Below, one piece after another: positions 37,060-50,639 of a stretch of 64,000 bases of DNA (position 1 is its first letter; the number at the start of each line of letters is the position of its first letter). Made by a program: the position numbers and the translations under genes. This DNA is from Euprymna scolopes (Eukaryota). The stretch lies in NCBI GenBank assembly GCA_053919585.1, contig CM132820.1; one strand, 5' to 3'. Below the pieces are notes generated by a model that made no database searches, was not told the DNA's origin, and saw nothing but the letters and a program-made list of their open reading frames with translations.

Positions 37060-37230
37060 ACCTAAATGTCGATACCATCAACAAAGCTCCTATTTAGAAC
37101 TGCCCATCTGTGGAACTCTGTTTGCTAGTCTGCTTTATAGCTGAGTACCATATTGTCGTCTTCAAGTCTAACATAAACAAATTCTTAATGAATTGTCCTT
37201 TAAAATAATCTGATTATACCAAATTTCCAC
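37060..37230 (+). mobile_element. CR1-group LINE 3' fragment
   Basis: RTAHLWNS..VFKSNINKFLMN, similar to 26560-26680. Confidence 0.65.
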
Positions 37231-37589
37231 CAGAAACGATTACTTTTATTATAAAGGTTATAAATTTTATAACATTTAAATAAGCACTGTTTGAATAAAA
37301 CTTCTCTTTATATATTTGCATTATAAAAGATAGATTATCTACAGTTTTATTCATCTGTACCTAAAAGTTTGTCTTACGTCACTTCTGCCAAATGGCTTTG
37401 AACACGGCGATACTTAACAAAAACCCTCATAAATATGGTCCCACATGTCACATTTACAGGCTGAGTCCTAACTTGAAATTGAAACAAAAACAATCAACAG
37501 ATTGACTGCTTAAATAATTACAAAAAAAATAAGAGATGCAACATTAAGAATTACGTTTTTTAACGTAACACATTATTTATAAATTTCAA

Positions 37590-39475
37590 AAGAATTTATC
37601 AGAACCTAATTTTAATTCCTAAACATGTTTTCAACACTAGAATTGTCGGAATTAGCATACCGACGAGTAGGGGGGAGGGGAAGAAAAGACAGTTTAAATC
37701 TTGCAACAAAATATCGACGTTGCTTACAAGCAGTCTTTCCTTGTAAAAGTAACAAATGGGTAATGATGGTCGAAGTGTAATTTGTCTAAAAGACAGCAAC
37801 AACTACTACAACAACAGTAGAGCCGCCACCCCTTTTTATCGACTCCAACTCTCAGTCAACAAGATTCACGCATGACTGGAATGTCTATTTAACTTATAAG
37901 GAATAAGCACTCAGGTTATTTGATTAACGGACCACCGGCCGTGTTGGTCACAGCTACCAGCACTCCTCTCTTCCCCACCGACCTACTCTCGGCAAGTCCA
38001 CCAATTCAAAATTCTCACACATTCCCCACAAAAGAAAAAAAAATCTTTAAGAGAATAAAACAGTTTGTTTAGACTCCTGATAAACTGGGTCTACCAGTTA
38101 CAACTCCTTGAGGGTTGCAAGTCAGACAGAACCATTGTTCATCTTCTGGTGGTGCTTCAGTTAGACCCACACAGCTGAAGTGAAACGAGTCATTGCATCT
38201 ATTGCAGGCTATCATAGGTCTGGTATCCTCAGGTATGTTACAGCTAGGACAGATCCAAATTATAGTACTCTCTCTCTCTCTGTTGAGGGTCTTGGCTTAT
38301 ATCCTGTGAACTCCATGGTTCCATGCCTATCGGGTCAGGTTCTCCAGGCTGTTGAGAGATTTCCAGAGGAAAGAGATGCTTGATAGAGTATGTGTCTATA
38401 GCTCCATTCCCTTTCCTCACCTTCACCATGTGCACCAATTCATCACTTCCTTGAATTAGCTGTAGAACTTCATCTAGGGACCAAAAAGGCCTTGTCTTCA
38501 GAGGGCTTTTTATGAGTGCTATATCTCCTGGTTTTACTTTATCTTCAAAAGAACAATCAGCCAAGCTCATTGCTCTTTCTCTGAGACTCCACAAATAGTC
38601 CTCATTCCAAACTTTCCTAAATTTAAAGCCACTTTGACTAATAAGATTGATCGTTTACAGGTCCTGGTTTTCCAACCGCATTATTATTCCCTGACCAACA
38701 TTCGCATTCATGAGAGAGTTAGGGGTTAAGACATTCAGATCAGCATCCTCAGAGCTCCTATATGTCAGGGGACGGCTATTTACTGCCCTTTACACATCAG
38801 ACAAAATTATTAGTAGACCAAAATAGTCTACTTTACCTCTTGCTATTGCTTTACAGGCAATACATCTTCCCCTTGTACCGGATTAATTGATGTTGCCAGA
38901 GTTTTTCATCTACATGGATCTGGAGATAAGCCGACTTCAGGTTGACAATCTTAGTGGCCCATTCCATGCTCCTCCATTTCCTCATGACCTCTTCGCATAT
39001 GTGAATCCCCTTTCTGGGTTTATTTTACTTCAGTCGAAGTTCTCAGAAATCAAGAGGCCCACGACCTGGGGCTAACACTTGAAGTCTATATGAGATACAT
39101 AGATATTTGAATGTTTCATTAAAGTTCTTTATCTCTTAAGCACTGAGTTAGTAAAGAAATTAGGAACATAATTTTCCTCTCCCCAATTAACCATTTTTAT
39201 ATGTTGTAGTATATCTTTCATGTTGGTCTCATGGTCTTACTGGATTCCAGGACAAGAATTTATCTGTTCTGGTGGAGTATCCAACTTCGTGCTATTACTT
39301 GAGGTAATATCACTTGGAGAAGGTGCACCATTCCTCAGAAAAGCTCTGGGGTAGCCATAATGAGTAGATCTTATTTGGGCTGCAAATACTATGTGATTTT
39401 GAATATTTGGTCAGGGTTTACTTCTATGGAAAAGTATCCTCATGCCAGATTGTTCTGACAAGCCCCTATACAGAG
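37590..39475 (-). mobile_element. BEL/Pao LTR retrotransposon 3' fragment (integrase C-terminus, PPT, LTR)
   Basis: VNSRPLTY, YLWSLRE, GDIALIKSPLKTRPFW..GSDELV..HLFPLEI (BEL/Pao C-terminal domain); PPT/TG junction near 38020. The LTR end is approximate. Confidence 0.8.
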
Positions 39476-39477
39476 AG

Positions 39478-40600
39478 ACATTGTGTCTGTTTAATTCTCT
39501 GAAATCCAGTACCAATCTAACTTTGTTCTTGGTGGGTTGAACAACCACCAGTAATGGTAGCACTCCTTTTTCTTCCCCTGTCCACGGTTTCAGAATTCCC
39601 TCTTCTATCCACCTCTCCACTTCTTCGTCGAATCCTTTTCTTATTTTTCTCCTCGCAGTGTTTTCTTGTAGCAGCTTACTTTGTTTCGTAGTTCCGGAGC
39701 CCCAGAGATCTATTTCCATTCCACCGTCCACCTCTCGCCATCAAACCTCACCAGGAAATCCTCGTTCTCGATGCAGCAAGCCTCCGGTTTTTGCGTTCTG
39801 ATATTTCTATCACGTTCCACTCCTGCCATTCCTACTGCACCGAGGCGTCCAAAAGTTACTTGCCTCCCCCTCAACGTAGCACCTCCCCCAGTTGGTTGAT
39901 CGCACTTACACCTAAAACCATATCAACGTCACCAACCAGACGATCCAACACCAGGGCTCGCAGTCCAATAGGTACACCTTGCACCAGTACTTCCGCTGTT
40001 GTCTCTCCTAGACATTTCACCTCCCTGCCATCCATGGTCTTAATACTCCTGACTCCGCTCCATGATCTAGTGACATTCTTTGCTACCAACGTCGTGGTGC
40101 AGCCTGTGTCAACAAGGGCCATGGCTCTCTTACCATTGACTACTACCAGTAACTGAGGCAACATTTCATTGTGCGCCATTTCCACATAGAAGGGGGAACC
40201 ACTGGTGCAATGGTTCCCCTTCATTCGTTTCCCTGGTCCTGCAAAGCAACGCAATAGTAACTTATGTCCCCCACTCATCCACATCGGTAGCAGGTGACCT
40301 CCAGTCTCGGCTCTTTGCTGTCCTTGAGCAGGGGAGGACCCTGCCACCAGAAGCACTTGATGCCAGGTCTTCCCTCCTGTCACCTCGTCACCTGTCTCTC
40401 GTCATTCAAGTGGGGCCTTGTGCACTTATTTCCACTCACAGCTGCAGCAACAGTTGGACCCTTCACATTCTTTACTAGGACTATGGCATGGACCAAGAGA
40501 TCATCCACTTCCATATATTGATCTCAGTGATTCTCTGCATGTTTGCGGGGATTTCTTCTGGGAAACCATTCACTAGGTATAGCTTTACCATCATTTCCAT
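39478..40600 (-). mobile_element. Gypsy gag-PR-RT fragment (element-B lineage)
   Basis: MALVDTGCTTTLV; WIEEGILKPW..VVQPTKNKVRLVLDFRELN. Confidence 0.85.
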
Positions 40601-40619
40601 TTTCACCTTTCTTCTGGAG

Positions 40620-42663
40620 CACATGTGGAAAAAGAATGGGCAGGATGCAGTAGGAAGTGCTTAGGCACCAAGGACTAGTTGCTGATTTACAGGACCATTT
40701 TTGAAGACTGTAGTAAGTGGCAGAGAAATCTACGCATGGCTTGGATTGATTATCACATATTATACATATGATAGTTTACCTGATATACGAATGCTGCAAT
40801 GCTTTCATCTATATAAAGTTCATGGCTATGCATATGGAGATGTGGCAAACAACCATGACATTAAGCCACAATAATGGAAAATTAAAAATTCCAGACATAA
40901 AAATCTGAAGAGGATTTTTCAGGGAGACAGCTTATTTCCCTAATTTGCTTGGCAATAGATCCGCTATGCAAATTACTTAATAAAAGTAGGAGTGCCTACA
41001 AGACCCAAATAAAAAAAGTCAACCACATGCTCTGCATGGATGACATCAAGCGGTGTGCCAGTTCAGATGCCGAATTAAGTGAGCTATTACAAATTGTACA
41101 TACTTTCTCTAAAGATATTGGTATGAAATTCAGTCTGGACAAATGTGCCAAGTGCTCCATCAGAACTGGGAAAATGATCCACATAGAAAACATACAGCTT
41201 GATAAAGGTACCGAGATCAGAAATCTAGAAGAGCAAGAAAAATACAAATACCTTGGCATAGAAGAAAAAGATGCAATTCAGCATGGCAGAATTAGAGAAA
41301 AATTAGGCAAAGAGTATGTGTGTTGTGTAAGAAAAAAATTGTATAACACAATTCACAAATAAAAACAAAATGACGGCAATTAACCAACTAGCTATACCAG
41401 TGGTGACATATAACTTTGGCATTGTTGACTGACAACAGAGAGAAATTAACAGGATAGACATAAAAAGAAGAAAAATGTAAGCATTGTACAGAGTAACATA
41501 CAGAAACCAGTGTCTGCAAAGACTATCTTCCAAGAGGAGCAGGAGGTATGTGTTGTCAAAGATTGAGCATCAACACCTAGCCCCTATTGTGAGAATTTGG
41601 CATCTGATAAGCTCCCAGAATTCAAACCTTAAAATGGTATATACACACCAAGAAAAAAAAGCCAGTAGAAATACCCTATCATAAAACTGGCCAAACATTT
41701 TGCAGAAGATTGTCTTACAAACGAGAGAGAAACAAAACAATCCTGCAACAGAAATAGCCCAGAAGAGTCATCAAAAATACACTAAGATCTTCAATTGCAG
41801 AAAACTGGAAGAATGGGCAAACTAGCAACATGCCAAATATTTCCTGGATGATCTATCACTGGAATATATAGATAAAGAAGGATCTGTAGACTGGCTGAAA
41901 AAGGATCTCTTCACTATGATCAGGAGGGAATGATAATAGCTGCCCAAAACCAGAGCTTGATAAACAATGCTTTTAAAAAAGATGAGTGGTCTCAGCAAAA
42001 ACAAGTGCTGATTCTGCCACAAAGAAAGAGAGAGTGTGAGCCACCTTACAACCAGTTGTAAAGTCCTGTTGGAGAATGGCTAATTTACAATACGACACAA
42101 TGGAATGTGTAAATATCTCCACTGGAAAATCTGTAAAACTTGAATATCCAATGTAGTAGCAAGTCTTGGAAACATCTACCAGAAAGAACAGTTGGAAATA
42201 AGTAATACACCATCCACAATGACTACGAAATTTTTACAGCTGCACACCTAGAAAACGGGGCTATTAAGTCTGACATAATGATATGGGACAAGAGGGAGAA
42301 AGTTACAACCCTAGTTTAAGTAAGCGTCTCTTTTAATGCTGGCTATAACAGAGTTGAGAGGGAGAAAATAAAATACCAATGATTTGTATGACACGAAAAG
42401 AAACTAGAATCTTAAGATCTTTATCATTCCAGTCATTATAGAAGCCACCGGGGTAATCAAGAAGAATTTCAAATACTATCTGGAAAATATACCTGGTGAA
42501 CCAAGTGCAAGAGAAATACAAATAATTGCACTCAAAGGGATGGTTAAAATCATAAAAATAGATTTCTCAGTTGGAGTAATTAAACTAATGGGACATTGTT
42601 TGGCATCCGGTAGAATGCCCCATTCCTAGCAAAAACAAAGTGATAAGAAAATTAAAAAAAAAA
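40620..42663 (+). mobile_element. Decayed R4/Dong-type (restriction-like endonuclease) non-LTR retrotransposon
   Basis: GTKD*LLI, RGFFQGDSL, HMLCMDDIK..GMKFSLDKCA, YKYLG, a CCHC motif plus RHNG, and a DIMIWDK endonuclease motif; A-rich 3' end. Confidence 0.8.
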
Positions 42664-43110
42664 CAGAAACCATGTTATTGTGAATTGTGATCCTTCTTTT
42701 ACAAGAAAAAAGAGAACTACGTACGTTTAATGCATGTCGATCTTCTTTCACATTGAGGATAATTTTTTTCCATCATATGCAAAAACATAGAAAACAAAAG
42801 ACTGAAGTTTTGTCCGACATATTCGTTTACATGGCCTTTAAAGATATAAACATTATTCCAGTTTTTGTATGGATAACCGATCTTAGAAAAAACATCTAAA
42901 ACAATACTTTGACACAATTAATTGAAGATCAAGTTTAAGAAAAGTACAGATAGCAGCCATAAAAAGGGAAAACTATATCCCTGAATATAGCTTTCACATA
43001 TAAATTTTAATTATAATGAAATGAAGAGTTTTTACAGGCAGAAACCCAATGATTTATTTTACCTGAATTAAATGAGAAAATATGTTGGGCTCTTATGAAA
43101 CACACACAGT
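42664..43110 (+). pseudogene. Remnant 3' end and 3' UTR of a paralogous C2H2 ZNF gene
   Basis: SSFTLRIIFFHHMQKHRKQK plus ~350 bp similar to 44990-45390. Confidence 0.8.
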
Positions 43111-43682
43111 AATATCTCTTTAAAAATTATTTATATTATGCAAAAAGAATTATTACATTTTTATTTCATTAAGTAATGATTTTTAGTTAAATACTTGAAA
43201 AGACAAAAGTTATCTAAACGCTCCAGAATTACATAAAAATGTACTTATTTTATTTTTAATTTAATCATTAATGATGTGGATTTTTTAATAGGTATTTACA
43301 TAACACGGTAATTGTTCCACATAATATATATCTTTTTAAAGTGTATTTTATATTTGCAGACTCCACAAAGCGAAAATAAATCAACTGTTTGATCTGAACG
43401 GATCTTCATGGCATTTGTAATAAAGAACGTCCAAAAATCTACACTGAAATAAACATGATGGTATCATACGTGAAACCATACAACACAGTAACTGCATTCT
43501 TGTGAAGTATGTGGTTCTTCTTTTACATAGAAATATACTCATGAGAGGTAAAATGCATCCTTGTGGTTTTTCTTTTATACGAAAGTCAGATTTGTTGCTA
43601 CATGTGAACACATACAGAAAGAAAACTGCATACCTGTGAAATATATTGTTCTTCCTTTAAAAGTACGGCTCTTTTTAAACAT

Positions 43683-45062
43683 ATGTGGAAACATACTGGA
43701 GAAAAATCACATTCTTGTGATGTATGTGGTTCTTGTTTTACAAAGAAGCAACATTTGATGCGGCATATGCGAACACATACAGGAGAAAAACCACATCATT
43801 GTGAAGTATGTGGTTCTTGTTTTACACAGAAAGCATCATTGTCGCAGCATATGCGAATACATACGGGAGAAAAACCACATTCTTGTGAAGTATGTGGTTC
43901 TTCTTTTACACAGAAGTCACATTTGTTGCAGCATATGCAAAAACATACTGGAGAAAAACCACATTCTTGTGAAGTATGTGGTTCTTCTTTTGCACAAAAA
44001 TCAAATTTATTGCAGCATATACGAACTCACACAGGAGAAAAACCACATTGTTGTGAATTATGTGGTTCTTCCTTTACACATAAGGCAACTTTGTTGCAGC
44101 ATATGCGAAAACATACTGGAGAAAAACCACATTTTTGTGAAGTATGTGGTTCATCTTTTACACAGAAGACAACTTTGTTGCAGCATATGCGAAAACATAC
44201 TGGAGAAAAACCACATTCTTGTGAAGTATGTGGTTCATCTTTTACACGGAAGTCACATTTACTGCGGCATATGCAAACACATACTGGAGAAAAACCATAT
44301 TGTTGTGAAGTATGTGTTTCCTCTTTTACACAGAAGTATAATTTGTTGCAGCATATGCAGAGGCATACAGGAGAAAAAACACATTCTTGTGATGTATGTG
44401 GTTCTTCTTTTACACGGAAAGCAACTTTGTCGGAGCATATGCAGAAACATACTGGAGAAAAATCACATTCTTGTGTAGTATGTGGTTCTTTTTTTACACG
44501 GAAGCAACATTTGGTTGAGCATATGCGGACACATACAGGAGAGAAACCGTATTCTTGTGATGTCTGTGGTTCTTGTTTTACACAAAAGGCAACTTTGTCA
44601 CAACATATGCGGAAACATACAGGAGAAAAACCACATTCTTGTGAAGTATGTCATTCTTCTTTTACACAGAAGTCACATTTGTCACAGCATATGCGGAAAC
44701 ATACTGGAGAAAAACCACATTCCTGTGATGTATGTGGTTCTTCTTTTAAACGAAAGGAAAATTTGTGTCAGCATGTGCGGAAACATACTGGAGAGAAACC
44801 ATATTATTGTGAAGTATGTGGTTCTTCTTTTACACGTAGGCAACATTTGGTGGAGCATATGCGAACCCATACCGGAGAAAAACCCTATTTTTGTGAAGTT
44901 TGTGGTTCTTCTTTTACACAGAAGACAACTTTGTTGCAGCATATACGGACACATACAGGAGAAAAACCACATTCTTGCGAAGTGTGTGGATCTTCTTTTA
45001 CATGGAAGATAACTTTGTTGCATCATATGCAAACACATAGAAAACAAAAGTATATAAATTAA
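43683..45062 (+). CDS. Tandem C2H2 zinc-finger protein, 16 fingers with TGEKP linkers
   Basis: Uninterrupted 459-aa ORF of CxxC-x12-HxxxH repeats with 28-aa period. Degenerate fingers with stops lie upstream (43490-43682). There is a candidate splice acceptor TTTGCAG at 43359; the true start is uncertain. Confidence 0.92.
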   Translation: MWKHTGEKSHSCDVCGSCFTKKQHLMRHMRTHTGEKPHHCEVCGSCFTQKASLSQHMRIHTGEKPHSCEVCGSSFTQKSHLLQHMQKHTGEKPHSCEVCGSSFAQKSNLLQHIRTHTGEKPHCCELCGSSFTHKATLLQHMRKHTGEKPHFCEVCGSSFTQKTTLLQHMRKHTGEKPHSCEVCGSSFTRKSHLLRHMQTHTGEKPYCCEVCVSSFTQKYNLLQHMQRHTGEKTHSCDVCGSSFTRKATLSEHMQKHTGEKSHSCVVCGSFFTRKQHLVEHMRTHTGEKPYSCDVCGSCFTQKATLSQHMRKHTGEKPHSCEVCHSSFTQKSHLSQHMRKHTGEKPHSCDVCGSSFKRKENLCQHVRKHTGEKPYYCEVCGSSFTRRQHLVEHMRTHTGEKPYFCEVCGSSFTQKTTLLQHIRTHTGEKPHSCEVCGSSFTWKITLLHHMQTHRKQKYIN

Positions 45063-46189
45063 AAAGATATTTTAGTAGTCATAATATATTTAGTCTGATA
45101 TTGTTGTATATGTCCTTGAAAGATATAAGCATTATACCAGTTTTGTATGGAGAACTTTTTTAAGAAAACATCTTAAACAATACCTTGAAACAGTTACTTT
45201 AAGACTAAGCTTTAGCAAAATACAGCTAGCAGCCATAAAAAAGAAAACTATATCTCTGCAAAGGGCTTTAGAATATTAAGTTTTTATTATAATGAAATCA
45301 AGTGTTGTTCCTATGGGGAAGCTCAAGGATCTCTGTTACCTGAAGTAAAACAAGTAAAGTCTATGTTAGTCTCTCATGCAAACACATATGGTCGAAAAGG
45401 CATATACTCATTATTTTTTTCCAATATTTAAAATGCTTATATATTTTTACTTAAATAAGCGTAACATTATTAAGAAAAACAAATGACATTTTAACAAAAC
45501 AAAATTGCTTCTCTACTGCTTGTTTTCAGCAACACTAAAACAATATAATTCAATACAATATAACCCACAACCTGAAAAAATATAGCATTTAACAAGTCAA
45601 AGTCTTCTCTTTTCTTCCTATCTTTATTATGTTCTGTAATAATCGATTAAAGAGTCCTTGTGCAATTTTAAAAAGAAAGAAAAACTGAGGGAGTCTTTAC
45701 AGCAAAAAAGCAATCTTTTTCTTTTACAGCAGAAACAATTTTTTTTCAACACAGACATATTTCAAACAAGTCTCTTTGTTTTCTCTTTTTTTGAAGACAT
45801 AAAAATAATATACAAATGTACAAACTTTTAAAATAGTATCCAATTTTTCAGCAAATAAACGACAATTTTAATAATAATTTTAAAATGTTCACTATAATTG
45901 TTTCTATTATCTTGTTTCTATTTTTTATTTTTAAAGTAAAGGGCTTTCTTTCTCTCCCGCTGCACAAATCATCGGCATGCTTTTCCTAATTTTACTCACC
46001 CTATGTGAATCGTGAACAGTAATAAAAATCACATTAAACTTCTAAAATTCTTAACTAACCTTAGCACAATCACTCATCGCATCAACCAGTCACTCTCAAA
46101 ACATTAAGCTTTCACCCAATCTACTGGCCATTTATCCACGCTCTTGATGCGTATTATATACCTTCACTCTCTATCTCTAAACACATTTT

Positions 46190-46900
46190 TCTCAATGATT
46201 CATCTGCCATTGGGTTGCAGAAATAGTTGGTTGAAGATTTCTTCAGAGCTATTATACTTAATTTTTCTTTACTGAGACAGGTCAAGAATTCAGTATGTTA
46301 ACGATACACCATATTTCAAAAGTTCACTAGTTCTAAAAAGTTTATGATAGAAGAATGTGCCAGATCGAATCTTTCTAATAACAAGTTTCGCTTACTAGAA
46401 ATTAATTCACAAAAGACATTAAACCACAGAAGCATGTGTTCTGAAGAATTCTATCAGTGGAGTTAAGGCGGGACAATTCCCATCCGATAAAGACGTAATT
46501 TATAGGTAGACTGTATGAAGTAGAAAATAGGGTCTATCTTCAAATTCATGAGTGTAGTCTCATGTTTCGTGTTAATTGGTGCACTGAGTCAGGTTGAAAA
46601 GGAATTATTGAAAAAAAGTAAATGTTTGGCAGTTAACATCTCCAAACAATTTCATAACTTTTTATTTCGGGTAAAATGAGGAAATGTTGCTTATTTCTGT
46701 AGATGAATTATATTCTATTTGCTTGGAATTGGTCTACTCTCTTTTTTCTTATTAAAATTGTGTTAATGGATATGTAATTATTGGATATTTAGTTAAAAAA
46801 TGAAATTTGGGGTGGTTTTGGTGTTTTTCATGTATTTTGATCCATATTTGTCTGTAGAATATAGGGAATCCTTGCGATTTATCCTCCTTCATCACTCCAA
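46190..46900 (-). mobile_element. Highly decayed I/Nimb-like LINE 3' end
   Basis: Weak similarity by eye: KHETTLMNLKI and HMLLWF (compare ETTLARLRIGH and HILLEC). Confidence 0.4.
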
Positions 46901-47282
46901 TCAGCCTTAATATTTTAGCTTGCTTTCAACAGGCCACAGTACAGTAGTCACAGAACAAACCAATTAACTTACAATTTCTGAAAGCATGAGGCAAGAAAGA
47001 AGTAATCATTAGAAATCGACAAAAATACTAACATGAAGAAAACTATAAAAATTAATCTAAGTATGGTTAAGTTCCTGGAAATCAAAAAGAATGCAAACCT
47101 TTCATGGTTAGTCTTTACTTAATTTTGTTGTAGAAAGGGTTAGCGGCATTTGAATCTTTCTGCATAGCAAGCAACTGCTTGTAGTTGCTGATTCTCCTTT
47201 CAGAAGGAAGAACTTTTTATACACAATATATTATTTTATTTAAGAGTTTTCATTTTTTCCCCGTTGGTTGCTGAATCATGTT

Positions 47283-47285
47283 AGT

Positions 47286-47317
<32 letters not shown>

Positions 47318-47335
47318 GCTGTTGTTGTTTTGTTG
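47283..47335. repeat. (GTT)n microsatellite
   Basis: Direct reading. Confidence 0.9.
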
Positions 47336-47339
47336 AGGT

Positions 47340-48230
47340 CATTGAATTTCTGCTGGTAACAAGTGATGAAAATCAGGCTATTTTGCAATGGCATTCGTTT
47401 TAGAAAGGTAGGATGTGTAATTGTAGAAATGTCGCATAGAAGTTTGAAGACTAACATTTTAGCTAACACATTGCATTTTACGATTACAGCAAAATTTGCG
47501 GCTTTAACGAAATGCAGGCCATGATAGGACTTTCTGATATCTGATGGGAACAACATATGCAAGGTATGTGTTTGGGTGTCCACGTCATCCATTGAGACTC
47601 TGACAAGACCTGAACGATTAATTGATGAGTGCTGAGTGACGCCACTATCACAAACATCACAGCTGTCATCTACTCATCTAGTGGCATTGGCAGATCATTC
47701 GAATTCCTTTCTTGCTCAACCATCAACTCCATCAACCGTAATTCCTCCTCTGCCTACTTCCTGTCTATTTATACACTCAAACGACATATTCTTCTTTCTT
47801 TGATTATAGTAAAAAAAAAAAAAGAATTTCCTGACCTCTCAGTTCACCCATATATTTACCAATGTGGAGAATACTACTTATGGGGAAATCTTTCAAACGA
47901 ATACTGAAGGTACTTTCTCTCCATTACTTGTTGAGTGCTTGTTTTGACTTGACTATGAGTGATTATCCTTTCTTTTTCGGTGTCTATTTATTTAGCTTGG
48001 GGATGGCATGGTTGAAATAGTTATGAGACAGTTTGTCAATGCGATCAATCACAATATTTTTGCTCATCACAATGCCGCTCCTAAACGAAGATTCACACAT
48101 GTTGATCAGTGCATCGGAGTACCTACTGACCATGATTGTCATCTTTACAGTGTTTACCTGGCGGCACACTAAAAATACCATGATAGCTACATCATAGTAT
48201 GCTGGCAACCTATCAAAAAGTATGGATGTT
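47340..48230 (-). mobile_element. Possible hAT transposase remnant
   Basis: Fragments MCESSFR..KLSHNYFNHAIPKL and HIPCICCSHQ resemble hAT motifs but are heavily degenerate. Confidence 0.35.
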
Positions 48231-49116
48231 AAGTTTTGTTATTTTGTTTCGTTTATTCGGGCTTTTCATATAAGATGAACTCCTATGTAGCCTTAATGTT
48301 AATTGAACTGAATATGATTTTGTAGAGTCTTTCTTAATATAACCCAATCATAAAAGCCGCTAAGAAATCAACAGGTGGGTGGTGAGTGGATACTGCAATA
48401 ACGTGTACAAATTTACTGAAAATTCGTCCGATTTGGACTTATGCATTTTTGTAGGGTTTTCAAGGTGAAATTACTTTTTAAAGCTATATATGATAAGCTT
48501 TTGCTCCAAAGAGAGAGTATTTACGAATTTTATGGGTTTTTTTTCAAAAATGACTGTTCTTCAAAAATTATTTTGATTCATGTTTCTTATTCCAAAATGC
48601 ATCCAAAATGGAGCCGCACTCGTGGATTTGCATATATGCCCTCATACAGCCTATCATTCTGTAATTACACGCCTTTACACAACACGGTCATATTGGAAAC
48701 TGGTTTTGGAACGCCTTTGAAAATAAAATTATGCACAAAAAGTAAACTTACGTCTAAAGAACAAATCTAATCAAATATTGCAAATATACTGGAAGTACTC
48801 AATCCATGCGAATTCCCCAAAAAGGAACAAACACTTAATGAGTATTCTATTAATTTGCAACAATTGTCCAAGATACGACTCCATTTGTTAATTCTATAAG
48901 TTGAATATAAACCTTTAAGTTTTTTTTTTAAATTCAATTTTAATTAATATATTTAAGTAATGCTACTAGAGAAAAAATGCATTTTTTATAGTTAATAATT
49001 TAGATGCATTTATTTTATAAGCATAACTTTAAATAATTTTTAACAATGAATAATAATTTTACAACTTTTACAAGTAGTGAATAATTTTATTGTTTTATAT
49101 TTACTACAAGGTTATA

Positions 49117-49328
49117 CAGGGTGGGCCAAAATAAGGGTCCTATTTTTAAAAATTCATAAATTCATGTAAATTTTAAGAAGTGTTTTTCGGCCAAAATTTG
49201 TTTTGTTTATTTCAAAAAAATCTCGGAAGGGTCAGTCTACACACACACATAAAGTTTGGTAGGTTTAACTTTTATTTTGTGGAAGTTATTCAAATTTAAA
49301 GATAGGACCCTTATTTTGGCCCACCCTA
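49117..49328. mobile_element. Tc1/mariner-type MITE
   Basis: TIRs CAGGGTGGGCCAAAATAAGGGTCCTAT with TA flanks. Confidence 0.88.
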
Positions 49329-49382
49329 TACAATAATCAAACAATTTTATTATTGTTTTAGTCTCAATATATACTTTCTTTT

Positions 49383-50600
49383 TGTTAGAAAAAATTGCTT
49401 TGACTTTTCCGGAAATAAAGGATCGTAGTTATTCCCCTTGGCTGGAATTAAGGATTCTGCCATACTGATTTCTCGAAAACACGTGTATACTTTTAAGTTG
49501 ATAAAACCTTTACGAAAGGTATTCCTGATTACTCTTCTTTTATCTCTACTTATCATTTCATTTTTATCTGTCAAGCTGTGTTAGCTCGTGTTGTGTGGTT
49601 GGTTAATAGAGAGAAACGAAAAGACGCGTGTTGTTAGTTTTAAATATAAAACATGGAGGACTTTATTTCCAGTGCGCATGCGTGGTTGTTACAAAACAAG
49701 GATTGTCATGAAACGAAATGATAACGTTGTTACAAAACTAGGATTGTAACGAAACGAAACGATAACATTGTTACACTAGCAACATGAAACTGTTCCATTG
49801 AGAAGATATACTACCAAACGCTCTCCATTCAATTAGGTCGTTACTATGCACTGCCACTAATACGACTCCTCATAACAGAATGTTCAAATATAATCGTAAA
49901 TCTTCCTCCGGAACTTCTGTTCCCACTTGAACGAAACCAGACCCAATATATGTCAGAAACCATACTAAGTCTGGTAAACTCGACCCTCCGGTAACCCCTA
50001 CTACCTTATTAGACATCAATCCCTACTATGCTCATGTACGACTACCCTCTGGTGCGGAAACTACTGTCAATGTGCGAGACTCGGCTCCTAACTCCTCAAA
50101 TCAAGAAGACCAACACAAAGAAAACAATCCTGCAAGCCCTGAAGCCCCTAAAGAATCGCCAACTGACGAAAACAATACCTACGTGAAGGAGAAGGATCCC
50201 TTACCTGATCCTGAAAATATCCATGCTTCCCAAGATGTGGACGCTGAGGACCAAAATCCCTGTGAGTCAGTGCGGAGATCGTCCAGAATGCGACGATTTC
50301 CAAGTAAATATAAAGACTTCTTAACCGAGTACTGAACAGACTAAATTTAACTACTGTAATTCCATACTTAATTATTGTTGAAGGGGAAAATGTAAGAATA
50401 AATTGCTTTGACTTTTTCCGAAAATAAAGGATCATAGTTTTTCCCCTTGGCCGGAATTAAGGATTCCGCCATATTGATTTCTCAAAAACACGTGTATACT
50501 TTAAGTTGATAAAACCTTTACGAAAGGCATTCCTGTTTACTCTTCTTTTATCTCTACTTATCATTTCACTTTTTATCGTAGATGCGACAGAATCCTTACA
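49383..50600 (+). mobile_element. Internally deleted Gypsy element (partial 5' LTR, integrase tail, PPT, 3' LTR)
   Basis: LTR copies at 49383-~49570 and 50391-50600 (TGTAAG...CTTACA); ALHSIRSLLCTATNTTPH integrase motif; PPT GAAGGGGAAAA. No matching TSD. Confidence 0.82.
49577..49784. mobile_element. Probable solo LTR with an internal ~42-bp duplication
   Basis: TGTGTTAG...CTAGCAACA termini; it sits at the deletion breakpoint of the surrounding element. Confidence 0.5.
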
Positions 50601-50639
50601 TAGAAGTGATTTACATACAGCAGAAGAGAAGTACTTTCG

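Noticed and set aside
43801-45047. Long overlapping alternative-frame and antisense ORFs
   Set aside because: They are by-products of the 84-bp zinc-finger periodicity and codon bias.
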